Positions 53,140 to 64,000 of a DNA stretch of 64,000 nucleotides are shown in pieces. Each line of letters starts with the position of its first letter. Within the stretch, counting starts at the first letter, position 1. The notes beneath the pieces are model-generated. The model did not search any database. It saw nothing but the letters and a program-made list of their open reading frames with translations, and was not told where the DNA came from. The stretch covers positions 54,374,001 to 54,438,000 of the forward strand of contig NC_043002.1 in assembly GCF_006345805.1 (NCBI RefSeq). The letters run 5' to 3'. The stretch is from Octopus sinensis (taxonomy: Eukaryota). The position numbers were made by a program, and so were the translations under genes.

Positions 53140-54300
53140 CAAGCTCCAGCCCTGAAGGGTTTTAGTCAATCAAATGGACCTCCATCCAGTATTTGATTTT
53201 TGAAGCCTGGTACTATTTATTGCTTTTTGGAGATGCACACATACATATACCCACGAGAATATCTGTACAGTTTCTGTCAACCAAGTCCACTCACAAGGTC
53301 TAGGACTACAGAAGATACTTGCCTAAGGTGCTGTGCAGTGGAAGTGAACTGAACACCATGTAGTTGCTAAGTAAACTTCTCAACTACACTTCTATGCTTG
53401 CAACTATCACAGGATCATCAATGGAAAGAAGCATTTTAAGGCTATAAGTAGTGGTGCAGGCCTCACATTCCTCATTTTTGCTCTTTCCATGTTCTCTCTT
53501 ACCATCCCCTTAAACTCGTGTTATGTCAGATACTAATCTTCAGAACAGAACCCATTAGGATCTTCAGAGGAAGAAAAGCAGCCCAACAAAAATATTGCTC
53601 TGAGGGCAGCCAACCTATCACAAACTGTCAATGTTTATAATGTTACATACCAGTAAACTTTGTAGAATCAAGTTTGTTAATCAATGGGAACAAATAAAAG
53701 AAAAATTTTCCAATCTTTGTTGCTTTGATCTTTACTAATGAAACCAATCTGTATATTTCAATTGTAAGACCGATTCTAATATTTCTTTAAGTGGTTGTAC
53801 AAGATGTAATTCACTACCAGGAATCTCTACCTATGCCCCCATTAGCTCAAGTAAACCCCTAATAAATTTCAGTCAGCATCATCATAGTTTTAATACTTAC
53901 TTTTTTATGCTTACACAAGTCAGACAAGACTACGTTAATGCAGAGTTCCTGTGGTTGGATGCTGTTCTTGATGCCAAACCTCACCGGTTTTTAAGCAAGA
54001 TAACCTTCCAACAAACAGTTCAGACATGGTTATATCTGAAGCAAACAATGCTGTTTGTTTATAATAATAATAATAATAATAATCACCCAACATATCAGGG
54101 GAAATAGGAACACAAACTTGCACACACACACACACACACACACATACGATTCTTGTGTCTATCAACCAATTTTTCTCACAAGGTATTGACCAGCATACAA
54201 CTCTCAGAAGAGGTCACCGGCCAATGATGTTCGTGCAGTGAGAACAAAATCCTAACTATATGGTTTTGAAGCAAACTTCTTAACCACACAGCCATGCCTA
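53140..54300 (-). repeat. Cluster of decayed SINEs with (AAT)n and (CA)n
   Basis: SINE heads at about 53255-53400 and 54140-54300, with tail motifs at about 53900-54050. Confidence 0.65.
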
Positions 54301-54775
54301 CACCAATAACCATTACTTCTAATTCTTAAATCTCACTCCGCTCCATGCAATGAGTTAGGTCTTAAAAAAAAGATACTCAATCGAAAGCAGATAATTCATG
54401 ACGTTACATGTATCTTTAACCTGTTAAATTATAAGTTCAAATATTCGGACTTTTATGCTAATGGTTATCGCATAGCCCTTAAACGTTCACAAGGGCAAAC
54501 TGCTGACTGTCGATGAAATATTGTAAATGATCGATATTACTAAGAAATATGGTAGGCTGTTCCATATGTAGTAACTAAACTTCCCTCAACCAAGATTATC
54601 CAAGTCATTAGTTGACAAAAACTCCCCCCTTTAAAAAAACTTCAAACAAGGGAGATAACTCCAATAACAGGATCAACATTTTCGGACAATAAAGGGAATG
54701 TAGAATGGAGTGGAGCCGGTTTTTAAAGCCAACTAGTGAAAACAAATGGAGATGTTTTAGTTGATCCAAGATTTT

Positions 54776-54827
<52 letters not shown>

Positions 54828-57584
54828 GCGCAACTCTTCTGTAAGTTTATTTAATATGCAGAATGTTCCCCTGATGTATTCTCTCTCCACAGAACCACGT
54901 TGTTAATATTCAGAACCAGGATGACTACATTCCAGATTTTACTTTCTTGTTTTTATATTGTAAATATCTAATGTTGGATTCCTATCTACAAAGTGTTTGT
55001 GTAATCTCAAATGATCTAAATATTTTCAACTCAATAATAGAAGACTCTCACATTTGTGAGGCCCTGATACGTTTCTGTCACGTTTGCAAAACACTCCTTA
55101 ATATTATTTTATGTCAGTCATATTGTTGCTAAAAGATAATTTCCAAGCCAAGAAAAGGATTTTCTTTCCTTCATTTGAACATTCGAATTCAGTAAAAACT
55201 CTTCAGAACCTCATTATACAATTAGCTGTAAGATAATGGGTAACAAGTACCACATTCAAATTAATATCTAACTAGGAATAAGATTAAATACAAACAGAAG
55301 CTAATTGAATGTCAGCATTTCATGTGCTATTATATTGGCATATGTGAGTTATGACAAGTAAGCTTAGAAAGGTTGCACTGGTTCTGTACTTCTATCTTCA
55401 GTAGCATCCTACAATATAATGATTGTCGATATTTGAAATAGTATGTTATACCAAATTCTAACTCGTTACAATGGCAACAAAGACACTATCTGCAAATATA
55501 AAACTAAAACAGCGTAATATGTATGCTTCTGAAACTGGCAATTTGGTGAAAACCAGAGATTAATTAATAGGTGATATTTTAGCGACTCTCTGAAAAACAA
55601 TCAAAATTTAAGCTATGGGTTCTTCAAACTTAAAATCTAAATTCATTTCGCATGTCCTATGATCACTGAGCTGGCACCATGTACAAAAATTATTTGGTTG
55701 TTTAAAATCCTTAAGGTAACAACATTTCACTTTATATTTCCCCACTGACTCTTCTACCCTTAAGGATTTCCCTGGACCTATTCACATCTGCTTTTAATCT
55801 CTAAATCATCTTCAAATATATAAGACTTAATAGTAAATATTTCTTCCAAACTTATATACTAGAAGAAAAAAAACCCAAACCCCGCTAAACCTCATACTTC
55901 TGGAAAGGCACTCTCTCTCTCTCTCTCCTGTAAAACAAATACGGTTTTAAGACTTAGTTTCAATGCTATACCAGTAATGATGCACTAAAATTATTCTAAT
56001 GTGAAATAGTTGATTAAAAATTATAATTAATACAGAAAAGGTTGTCATGTATCAAGGTCAAGTTCCATACACAGGTTCAAACATCTAAGTAAACTGCATA
56101 TTTTGTATGAAATATAAATTTTACTAAAGTTGAAGGCAAAATCATTTCATCCAAAGTGACACAACTTGTAAAAATTACAAAGTCTTTAAACAGTTTTTCA
56201 AAGTTAACTACATTACCACAGAGTACTATTTTATTATGAATTCAAAATTTCAAAAAGTAGCATTTGTATATTGAAATATTAAACTAAAATTCCTTCAGAG
56301 TGTCTTGAACACATGTTTTATCGAGCAAAAACATAGGCGTTTCAGGATTGAATGGATAGCATTAGAAATGTAACTCTTGAGAAATAGCATAATTCAAAGA
56401 AACGGGCAACCAAATTTATGTGAATAAAAATATAAAAAGAGGGGGCCGTGTGGGAGAGTTTAATAAAAAATATTTATCATATTTGAAAACTGAATTACTT
56501 ATATCAAAGCCATTTTTCGAATAATGTTAGCGAGATTAAATATCTTCAACGCTAATTTAAGTAAAAACTGAACACTTTCTTGAGCCTCGTCTGTGATTTT
56601 ATAAAGACATTCATTGGAATTTGTGAATTACAAGACGGAAATGAAAATAATGAGTGCTGAATCGATAGCAAATGTCTAACAAACACCTAAGGAGTGTTTG
56701 AATTAGTTTGTTTTTTCTTTGTATTTGCTATATCTTAAAAAAATAAAATCCAGAGACAATAAAATCTCAGAAGAAAATAAAGGAAAAGCGTTAGACCGAG
56801 TTATCTCAGTGTGAAGTGTCGAGAAGCCGCCATGACACACACCTGACGTGGACAACGGATAGGAAATGGATTGTGATGCTTATACGTTAATGAAGCTATA
56901 ACAAGTTATACTAATGACCTAGTTAAGTAAGGTAAAAAGAAAAATGAAAACGAAATACTAGCAAGACGTCAAAAAAAAAAAAAAAAAAAAAAAGAAAGAA
57001 AGAAAGGAGTGTTGTTCCTCCTTTATAACGCGGACTTAAGCAGCTTCGTAAATGTGTTGTACTGAATGCCGAACAGTACAGACGAGTAAAGAAGTGAAAG
57101 TCTAGCAGCAGCAGCAACAGATCCAATAACAATGCATTGCACAGATTTTACAACTAATAAAGAGTACAAACGATCAGTTGATTAGAATAGAATGATAATA
57201 TACTAAAAAGTATTCTGAGACTGTGAAAGGGAGTGTATCAAAAAAGCTAACACAGGTAGTTGTCACGTAAACAACCAATTATCAGAGACGTTAAAAATCA
57301 TTTAGTCCCTTAGCTGATGAAGGTGGTACTATTATAAAAAGAATTTACTTATTGGAAGGTAGTTATAAGCAAAATCAGAACAATCAACATTAAGAGCGGT
57401 AGATGAGAGGTCGCTGGAAACACGAAAAATAATCGATAACATAAAAGAATGCAATAAAATGACTAGTACAAATCGGTTGTTCGGCTCATATTTTAATAAT
57501 ACCGTACAGAAATCAATAACAAATAATTAAAATAAACAGAAAAGGGTCGAGACGAGTGTTCCTTTAGTTCCATCCTGTTGCTGG

Positions 57585-57600
57585 TAGCCACCTAGTGACG
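57585..57600 (-). promoter_or_regulatory. CTCF-like motif
   Basis: The minus strand reads cgTCACTAGGTGGCta, close to CCACYAGRKGGC, inside the CpG-rich part of intron 1. Confidence 0.4.
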
Positions 57601-59389
57601 AGAAAAAGCAACAAGTCATCACATCGACAAGAGAACACGCCCCCAATCAACAATAATAAAACAAAAACAACAATAATTTGACCTCTAAAAACCCCAACAG
57701 ATGCGGGTTTGCAAAACTGGCGAAAGAGCTCAATCATCATATTAGATATAGATCGACAAGTCTCGACAGCCTTCTTGAAATCAAAACCGAAATGGAATTT
57801 ACTATATTCAAACCATTCATGATATCAAACGATCTAGAACAAGCTACACGGCTCGATAAAAATAAAATCATAATAATTAATCAACCTCAAGACAATTCGG
57901 AGCAGATTAATACTTCTGTAAGAGATAATTACCAAAGAATTTAAAATAACAACCATAAGATTCAACGTCTTGAAAGTGATATGTAGTACGGCTGTTGATC
58001 AACTTAAATTTCATCATGTAAATCAGAACTAAAATCAACTCAGATAACAAATTCATTAAATATAATGGTGATAGTGTAAAATTTGAGCCTGACACAACAT
58101 AATTTCACCGACATCATTTGTATATAAAATGTGGTTTATATTAAACAGTTACGCAAAAATAGTTCTGATATTTTTTTTTTAATAGATCATTGATAAATTA
58201 TTAAATCGTGTTCTAAATAGCAGCTGGTGTTTTATATATATATGACACACGCACATACGCAGCTCTTTTAGTTAAAGTCATGAGGCAGAAAGAGTATATT
58301 AATTAGAAACACTAACATATTTAATGTGGGTGTAGCGAAGTTGAATCACCCACTTGTGAAGGAGTGTTTTTCTTAAGAATTTCTATAGAACAAATTATTC
58401 TTCAACAGCACAAAAATCTATAGAATCCAATGAAAAGTTGTGAAACGAAAACAGTAAATAATGATATTTATGTAAAAGTCGCCGAACGATGCCAGAGTAA
58501 GAAGACAACGAAAAGGTAAACCGTCAAAAGAATATATAAATATGTGTGTATATATATAAGAGAAAAACATCACGCCATAAAGCATGAGTAATAGATAAGG
58601 TAGCAGTGCTAGGAGATTTAACGTGCGTGGTGGCATATAGGGGGGCGTATCTCATACACAATCCTCATTAAGCTATTAATAATTAATATTCGATTTAAAT
58701 AGATCTCTCATTGAAGCAGTTTTTATTTAAACATCACATTGCAATAAAAATATGCAGAAATAAAAGACGTGTGCGATGAATGTCAAATAAAAATCGTTTA
58801 CCGAGACTTACAAAGTGGTCGAGAAAAGAGGGTCCTACTTAAATTAGGCAATAAACAGCTGGCTAATCCCTCACTTATAGACCATCTAGCATCATATTAG
58901 GATAATTTGTTCAACATCACTTGATCACAACAAAATTAAAACCTAATAACCTTACACTACTGGTAAGTAGACGTTTTTTAATTGCTGTTGTAAGTACAAA
59001 ATTTATGTTAAAACTTACAGTAAATATATGCTTGAAATCTTTTTCAAACAAAATGCCTTAACTAGCCATGCGCACATCTATCTATCTATCTATCTATCTA
59101 TATATATGAAAGAGACAATAACCGATTTTGAATCTCTCAATGAATGCAAAATATTCTTACAATAATCATATATTTTGTTTGTAACTGTAGTTGTGTGATG
59201 TGTGTATGTAATAGAAATTAAATAAGATGAACTGAATGAATGAAACGTGTGAGATTTCAGGTAGCAAAAGAGTCAAAGATCTAACAACTGTTACATTTCC
59301 AGATCACAAGATGCAAGCACAAAACATATTTCTTCAGATGCATGAGATGATAGAACAATAATAATAATAATAATGATGATGATGACGAT

Positions 59390-59535
59390 TTCTAATAGGA
59401 ATACTGCCACACATTTTGGGGGTCAAGGAGATAAATATTTAACTCTTATTCGATCCTTTCTACTTCTCATATTTTACCGATTTCTGAAAGATAAACGGTA
59501 TAGACCGCAGCAGGATTCGAACTCAAAATGTAAAG
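59390..59535 (-). repeat. tRNA-headed SINE with preserved CpGs
   Basis: gccacacattttggggg..ccgatttctgaaagataaacgg..gaccgcagcaggattcgaactc. Confidence 0.7.
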
Positions 59536-60547
59536 GGACATAACACACAAGGACTATTTTGTCAGTTGTTCTACCGAATCTGCCACCCACCGAACTGACA
59601 ATATGTGATCATCTAAATTTATTGATCCAATCCAAACGAATTTGGTTAATAATATTAATTCTGTGGTGAACAAACGACTCCAGTTTCAACATCAATTTGT
59701 CAGCTCGGACATTGTGAATACTGTGGAATATCCCTGTTTCGTTTAGGTGCGAGGTGTGGTCAGATATTGTCACTTTTCTTTAAAAAAAATAAGCTTTTAT
59801 TAAAAGCAGAAGACGGAAAAGGGATGCCGGGGGAGGGGGGAGAGAGCGGAAATGACTATATATAAAATTATACACACACACACACATATGTATGAGGTAG
59901 GTAAGACAATGATACGCTTCCCTAAATATCAATAAATATACATATACCAAAAATGAGGTGTATATTTCAAATAAAATGAATTAGAGTTATCAGTTGAGAA
60001 TTTGAGATTTTAAAATATTTTTATAAGATTATGTAATGAAAATTTTAAAATATGACCTTATTTCAAAGAACCAAATAAAACTATTGTTTGAAAATCTTTT
60101 CAACGCCCCTTTTTTTCTTAACACCCTCTTGATATTTTTTTATTACACTGAAATAACACATAAATCGGAAATATATTTTCCACCATAAATATTAAAATAA
60201 ATTATTTGAATATCAACAAGTATTGATAATACGACATAGTTTAGTGGTGTCGTTCATTTGTGTGTGTGTGTGTCTATGTCGAAGTAAGCATAGCTTTGTA
60301 TATTAGGTTGAAAAATAAATCATGATTATAAACTAGAAGCCAAGAGCAAACTAATAAATATATTTAATGAATGTACCATAATAAATACACGATCGCAATA
60401 CCAGGAAGAAGTATATATACATCTCTTTGGTGTTAGAAAAGACTATGTGTACAGCTTTAGTCAGACATTTTTTTCGCCTGGCCGCCCCCTTTCTTGAATT
60501 TTGTAGTGGTATGAAAATGCCAGTTTAAATTAAACAAGAGAACCTAC

Positions 60548-60592
60548 CTGTAAATGCTCTTGAAAACGTATTGGAAGCAATTGAGTCGCCAT
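60548..60592 (-). CDS. CLTC: Clathrin heavy chain coding exon 1 (MATQLLPIRFQEHLQ)
   Basis: The reverse complement reads aagATGGCGACTCAATTGCTTCCAATACGTTTTCAAGAGCATTTACAG|gtaggtt. This matches the conserved CHC N-terminus (human MAQILPIRFQEHLQ) plus one residue, with a phase 0 donor. It is too short for the ORF track. Confidence 0.96.
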
Positions 60593-60719
60593 CTTCCAAT
60601 TCGCCGATAGTTATTTAGTATGTTTCCAATGCACCAGATCCTGAAAGGTGTGAAATATTTAACGCAGAGAACTGTCCACCGGCGCCTCACTCCTCCTGGA
60701 CCGTGCTTCCGTGTGACTT

Positions 60720-60728
60720 AAGATGGCG
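60720..60728 (+). promoter_or_regulatory. YY1-type motif AAGATGGCG in the CLTC 5' leader
   Basis: Exact match to the YY1 core (CGCCATNTT on the minus strand). A second copy overlaps the start codon (60587-60595) in the opposite orientation. Confidence 0.55.
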
Positions 60729-62914
60729 CCCACCGGACGAGTGGAAGGTTTCGACGAGAAATAGTTCGGAGGCTCTTTATTTCTATCTCCACTGAAATAT
60801 ACAAACCGTTTCGGAGAAGTAAAATCAAACCCAAGCCCAACCGCAGATTTCACAAAAAAAACATCAAAAGAAATCACCAAAGAGATGTTGTCAGGAGTTC
60901 ATTTATAATTTGTGACCAAAGCAACGACAAGTAAATGGTATCGCTTCGTGTGGGAACTATTTTGCGCTGCGTAAATTGTCCTCCTCCTCCTTCTACTCCT
61001 CTTCCTCCTCCGTCATCGCCACCACTAACTAGAACGATGACGCTGACATAGTATATAGAAGGAGTGAATATGAGGGAGAGAGAGGCAGACAGAATGTCTA
61101 TAAGGGGAGGTAGTGAAGAAGAGATTTGCCAAAGCAGGCAACTTTTGACATTCATAGTGGTTTCTTGGGTGTAGGAGTATATTAATGAATGGGTCGATAT
61201 ATAATACAATCCATTGGAACACGAAGATGATCAGTGAGAATGTTGGTGGTCCAATGTGATGTGGTACTGTTCGATCTTTCAGAGATGATAGCTCGTTATC
61301 TCCCAATTTATATAGTTTTCAAGGTAACAACGAGGAAGGAGAATAAAGCAATTTTGTGCATATATATTATATATATTATAAATGTATATATAAGTTTTAA
61401 TGTTCAATCTATCTCGTATTATCTTATATATATATTGTATGGTGCAATATAGAAAATAGACTACATTCTACATTAGGTTAAGATTTGAACCTGTTGTTCA
61501 GGTGCAAATACATTATGACAGTATAAAAACCACCTGATATTTATAATCAATACTGGTAGTCTGTTTACTCTTCCTTGTCTACCGACACATTAACTTGCCT
61601 CATTCCGAAGTTTAATCACCTCAATGGCTTCGATTCGAATTTTAATTTGCACCAACACCGTTGGTGTGTTGGTTCGCTTTCCACATTGAGAATATTGTTT
61701 ACTTACCCTGTGGTGCATTTATTTCAAAGGAAACCTGCTCACCTCATTCCCTCTTTAAACAAAAAATTTTTTCTTTGTCATTTCAGGTATTTTTTTTTTC
61801 GTAATTATTTTCCTGAGACAACACAAAATGAAATTTATTAGCTATAATTTTTCATATTTATTGATGATAATAAAAAGAAAATCGTAACTCTTATTTTTGA
61901 CAGAAATCGTTCATTGAATAGGTAGGAAGTCATTTTATTTTTCAAATATTTTTTAAAAAATCATTTACCAAGCGGTTCATTGAATAGTTTTCTCTTGTAC
62001 ACGTGTAAAGAAAACTCGGGAAACTGGGCTTGCATATGTTTGATCGTAAATTACTTTTATTAATACACACGTACATTTCCAGATAAACGCAATCACAGGT
62101 ACGTTTGTCGCTAACTGTATATTTTGTATAACGATAATATTATTTACAAAAGCCCTACCAGAAAAACCACTCATAAATGGAGTGGGTGATACTAGAATAA
62201 GACATGGGCAGATAACCTATGTCTACCTTTTTATTACGTTGGAAGAAAATTCTGAGAAATGTAAGGATTCAGGAAAATTCATATGACACAGCTCAAGGCT
62301 GAATCAAATAATCGCACTTCTGTTGCTTAAAGGTAGGATTAGACACCATTACTATAAACATAATATACATATATAATAAAAATAATAATAATATTAACAA
62401 CAATACTTAAAATAATAATAACACTACTTTAAACAATAATAATAATAACGCTTAAAATAATAATAATGATTATTATTATTATTGCTACAAATAATGCATC
62501 ATCAATATTGATGTAAACCACCCTTTGAAAAATCAATATACAAAGTGTGTGTGTAAACTGGGACTGTTTTCAAATGATCCGAAAGTTGTTATCATTATCT
62601 CCCCTGCCAATAAATGTCACATTTCATCATCATTTTAATAGGTGTGATTATTTAACCATGCTACAAGTTGCAGTATACTACGAAGTAATTTCTTAGGAAA
62701 ATATGATTTCACGGCTGAGATCAGAAACGTAAGAAAAAAATTAAATTACTTCAAAGCAAATTTCATTTTTGTGTACGTGTATTTCAATATCAGAACATAG
62801 GGGGAGATAATCTATAAGAACAATGAAAAATTTGAAAACAGATGTTCTCCACAATATACATGACATATATTCTTATCCCTCCCTCCCTATCAATCTGTCC
62901 TTCTGCAGATAGAG

Positions 62915-62939
62915 AGAGAGAGTGTGTGTGTGTGTTTAC

Positions 62940-62975
<36 letters not shown>

Positions 62976-63430
62976 CGTCGTCGTAACGTCAACTTTTCCG
63001 TGCTTGCATGGGTCTCAGAGCAAGACATATTTTCACAGAATATTAGAAAAGAGAGACACTGCTTGTATGACAGTGGCTCTTATTTCAACTGACACGCGCT
63101 GGTAAGGTAAGGACACACACACAGACGCACGCGCGCGCGCACACACACACACGTCTTCTTCTATAGCCTGAAGTCAACCAAAGCTTGTGAGGGGATTTTG
63201 TAGATGGAAACTGAAAAGAGGTCATGTGTGTGTGTGTATACGTGCACATTTGTGTCTATCTCCCATCACCACTTGACAACCGGTGTTGGTGTGTTTATGT
63301 CCTCATAAATTAGTGGTTTGGCAAAAGAGGCTGGTAGAATAAGTACTGGGGTTGATTCATTCAACCAAAAATTTCTCGAAGGTAGTGCCCCAGCATGGTT
63401 GCAGTTTAATGACTGAAACAAAAAGAAAGA
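62915..63430. repeat. Microsatellites and SINEs upstream of the promoter
   Basis: (GA)(GT)(TA) run at 62915-62972, a tail fragment at 62985-63110, a (CA)(CG)(CA) run at 63115-63152, and a SINE body caccacttgacaaccggtgttggtgtg..gactgaaaca at 63268-63420. Confidence 0.75.
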
Positions 63431-64000
63431 TAAAAAGATGAAAGATTCTTTTAAAAAATAAGAAATACTGGTGGAATATTCCAATAAAAACAGCAACCCA
63501 GTATAAATACAACTGTCCATATATTATTGTAAAGGCACAGGGAACAAAAATGATGTCCTTTTTATGGAGATAGCTACTTGACAGATGTGAATGTCTCGTA
63601 AAAAATTGGGCAAAAGGAAAACATCTATGATGAACTAATGAGAAGCCTACAACCCTTGTGTGTTTAGATTTTCATTTGTTCTTATTATCAGAAGCACATT
63701 GGGCTACATCACTAAAGCCAGCATAAAAAAAAAAAGGCTAGGATTCTCCAAAAATGACTGATACACATTCTCCAAGTACTGTTGATTAGAAATTCAGTCA
63801 AGATATGTGAAATATTTCAAGGATTCTCCACTGGAGGTTCCTGGGAGAACATAAGACACCATCACATGTACATTTGGAATACGCACACACACACACACAT
63901 GCTTATGCTCAACACACACATGTACACACACACACACATGCACAACAGACATACATATATATGAATACATCAATCATTTTAGATAGCCCCAAACCCCCAA

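Larger units (their letters stand above)
56300..62700. promoter_or_regulatory. CpG-retaining promoter / first-intron region of CLTC
   Basis: Hand count gives about 31 CpG in 57001-58020 versus 2 in 10021-11040. The region contains exon 1 and a GC-rich leader (60593 to about 61100). The exact TSS is not resolvable. Confidence 0.75.

Noticed and set aside
54600-54780. VEWSGAGF*SQLVKTNGDVLVDPRFS, faintly like a metallo-beta-lactamase-fold N-terminus
   Set aside because: It has an in-frame stop, no splice sites and no catalytic motif, and the similarity is too weak.
60641-60690. Possible 50-nt intron in the 5'UTR (gtgagg...cacctttcag)
   Set aside because: It is at or below the usual minimum intron size and cannot be supported without transcripts.
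62083-62098. Plus-strand tttccag|16 nt|gtacgt splice-like signals, a possible divergent transcript
   Set aside because: No ORF or partner exon was found, so a divergent gene is not supported from sequence alone.
1-64000. CRISPR arrays, rRNA, intact tRNA, operons or other prokaryotic systems
   Set aside because: None were seen. The window is spliceosomal-intron eukaryotic DNA, and its repeats are dispersed SINE/LINE copies and microsatellites rather than repeat-spacer arrays.

Overview
AT-rich, intron-dominated eukaryotic DNA, very probably a coleoid cephalopod (Octopus-like). That assignment is inferred from the repeat families, not proven. The only host gene I can support is the 5' end of a clathrin heavy chain gene (CLTC/Chc) on the minus strand. 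Four coding exons (60548-60592, 34715-34922, 23519-23668, 7736-7854; 45+208+150+119 nt, all GT-AG, in frame) give 174 aa of the terminal beta-propeller. The gene continues off the left edge, and its CpG-rich promoter/5'UTR lies at about 60.6-61.2 kb. None of the supplied ORFs is a complete gene. The introns (25.6, 11.0, 15.7 and >7.7 kb) are full of decayed RTE LINEs, SINEs and microsatellites, plus DNA transposons from at least four groups: an 880-bp TTAA-flanked piggyBac derivative, a fold-back mariner, a pogo/Tc2-like element and a DD82E (Sailor-type) transposase relic. The best leads are (1) the DD82E transposase relic, which resembles oomycete-type elements; (2) an HDV-like ribozyme fold at the 5' end of an RTE relic; (3) a frame-preserving 39-nt candidate microexon in the propeller; and (4) the symmetric 150-nt exon 3 bracketed by inverted SINE/LINE tails. 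All alignments and counts are by hand. Repeat boundaries are approximate and no database was searched.
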